Source of the DNA: Mizuhopecten yessoensis | Lineage: Eukaryota | Direction of reading: 5' to 3' | NCBI RefSeq assembly: GCF_002113885.1 | Contig: NW_018408638.1 | Location: 1,307,715 to 1,371,714, forward strand | DNA: 64,000 bases | Shown: piece after piece, positions 63,991 to 64,000 of the stretch | How positions within the stretch are numbered: position 1 is the stretch's first letter | Layout of the letters: every line of letters starts with the position of its first letter | Notes under the pieces: generated by a model | What the model saw: only the letters and a program-made list of their open reading frames with translations | The model's database searches: none | Told to the model about the DNA's origin: nothing | Made by a program: the position numbers and the translations under genes

Positions 63991-64000
63991 GAAACATCTT

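Overview
AT-rich, intron-rich animal genomic DNA. The repeat families (Helentron-type HINE, V-domain SINE, Penelope-type remnant, MITEs) and gene style suggest a bivalve mollusc (inference). I reconstructed five protein-coding loci by hand, checking GT-AG boundaries and reading-frame phase: a class A GPCR (+, 2043-3374), an 8-exon DUF4200/CCDC42-family coiled-coil gene (+, 9511-19703), 7-exon Salvador/SAV1 (-, 40443-29709), a 9-exon RSPH4A/6A radial spoke head gene (+, 41100-45368) head-to-head with SAV1, and the last three exons of TRIM9 (-, 63069-50723). Roughly 30% of the window is locus-specific minisatellite, and most ORFs in the supplied track are artefacts of these arrays. The most striking pattern is that arrays and local duplications sit against exon edges and have copied real splice signals. 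The terminal-exon acceptors of both SAV1 and TRIM9 occur in three copies, and each decoy leads to a stop that would remove the SARAH helix or half of SPRY. A SAV1 donor occurs four times as AG|GT units, and a branch-point cassette in the CCDC42-like gene occurs three times. Other points: an RFX/ETS bidirectional promoter shared by SAV1 and a motile-cilia gene, a polyQ tail ending in a PDZ-type motif on Salvador, a minimal hammerhead-like motif, and possible ancient SAV1-TRIM9 linkage. Coordinates were counted by eye; repeat boundaries are approximate.
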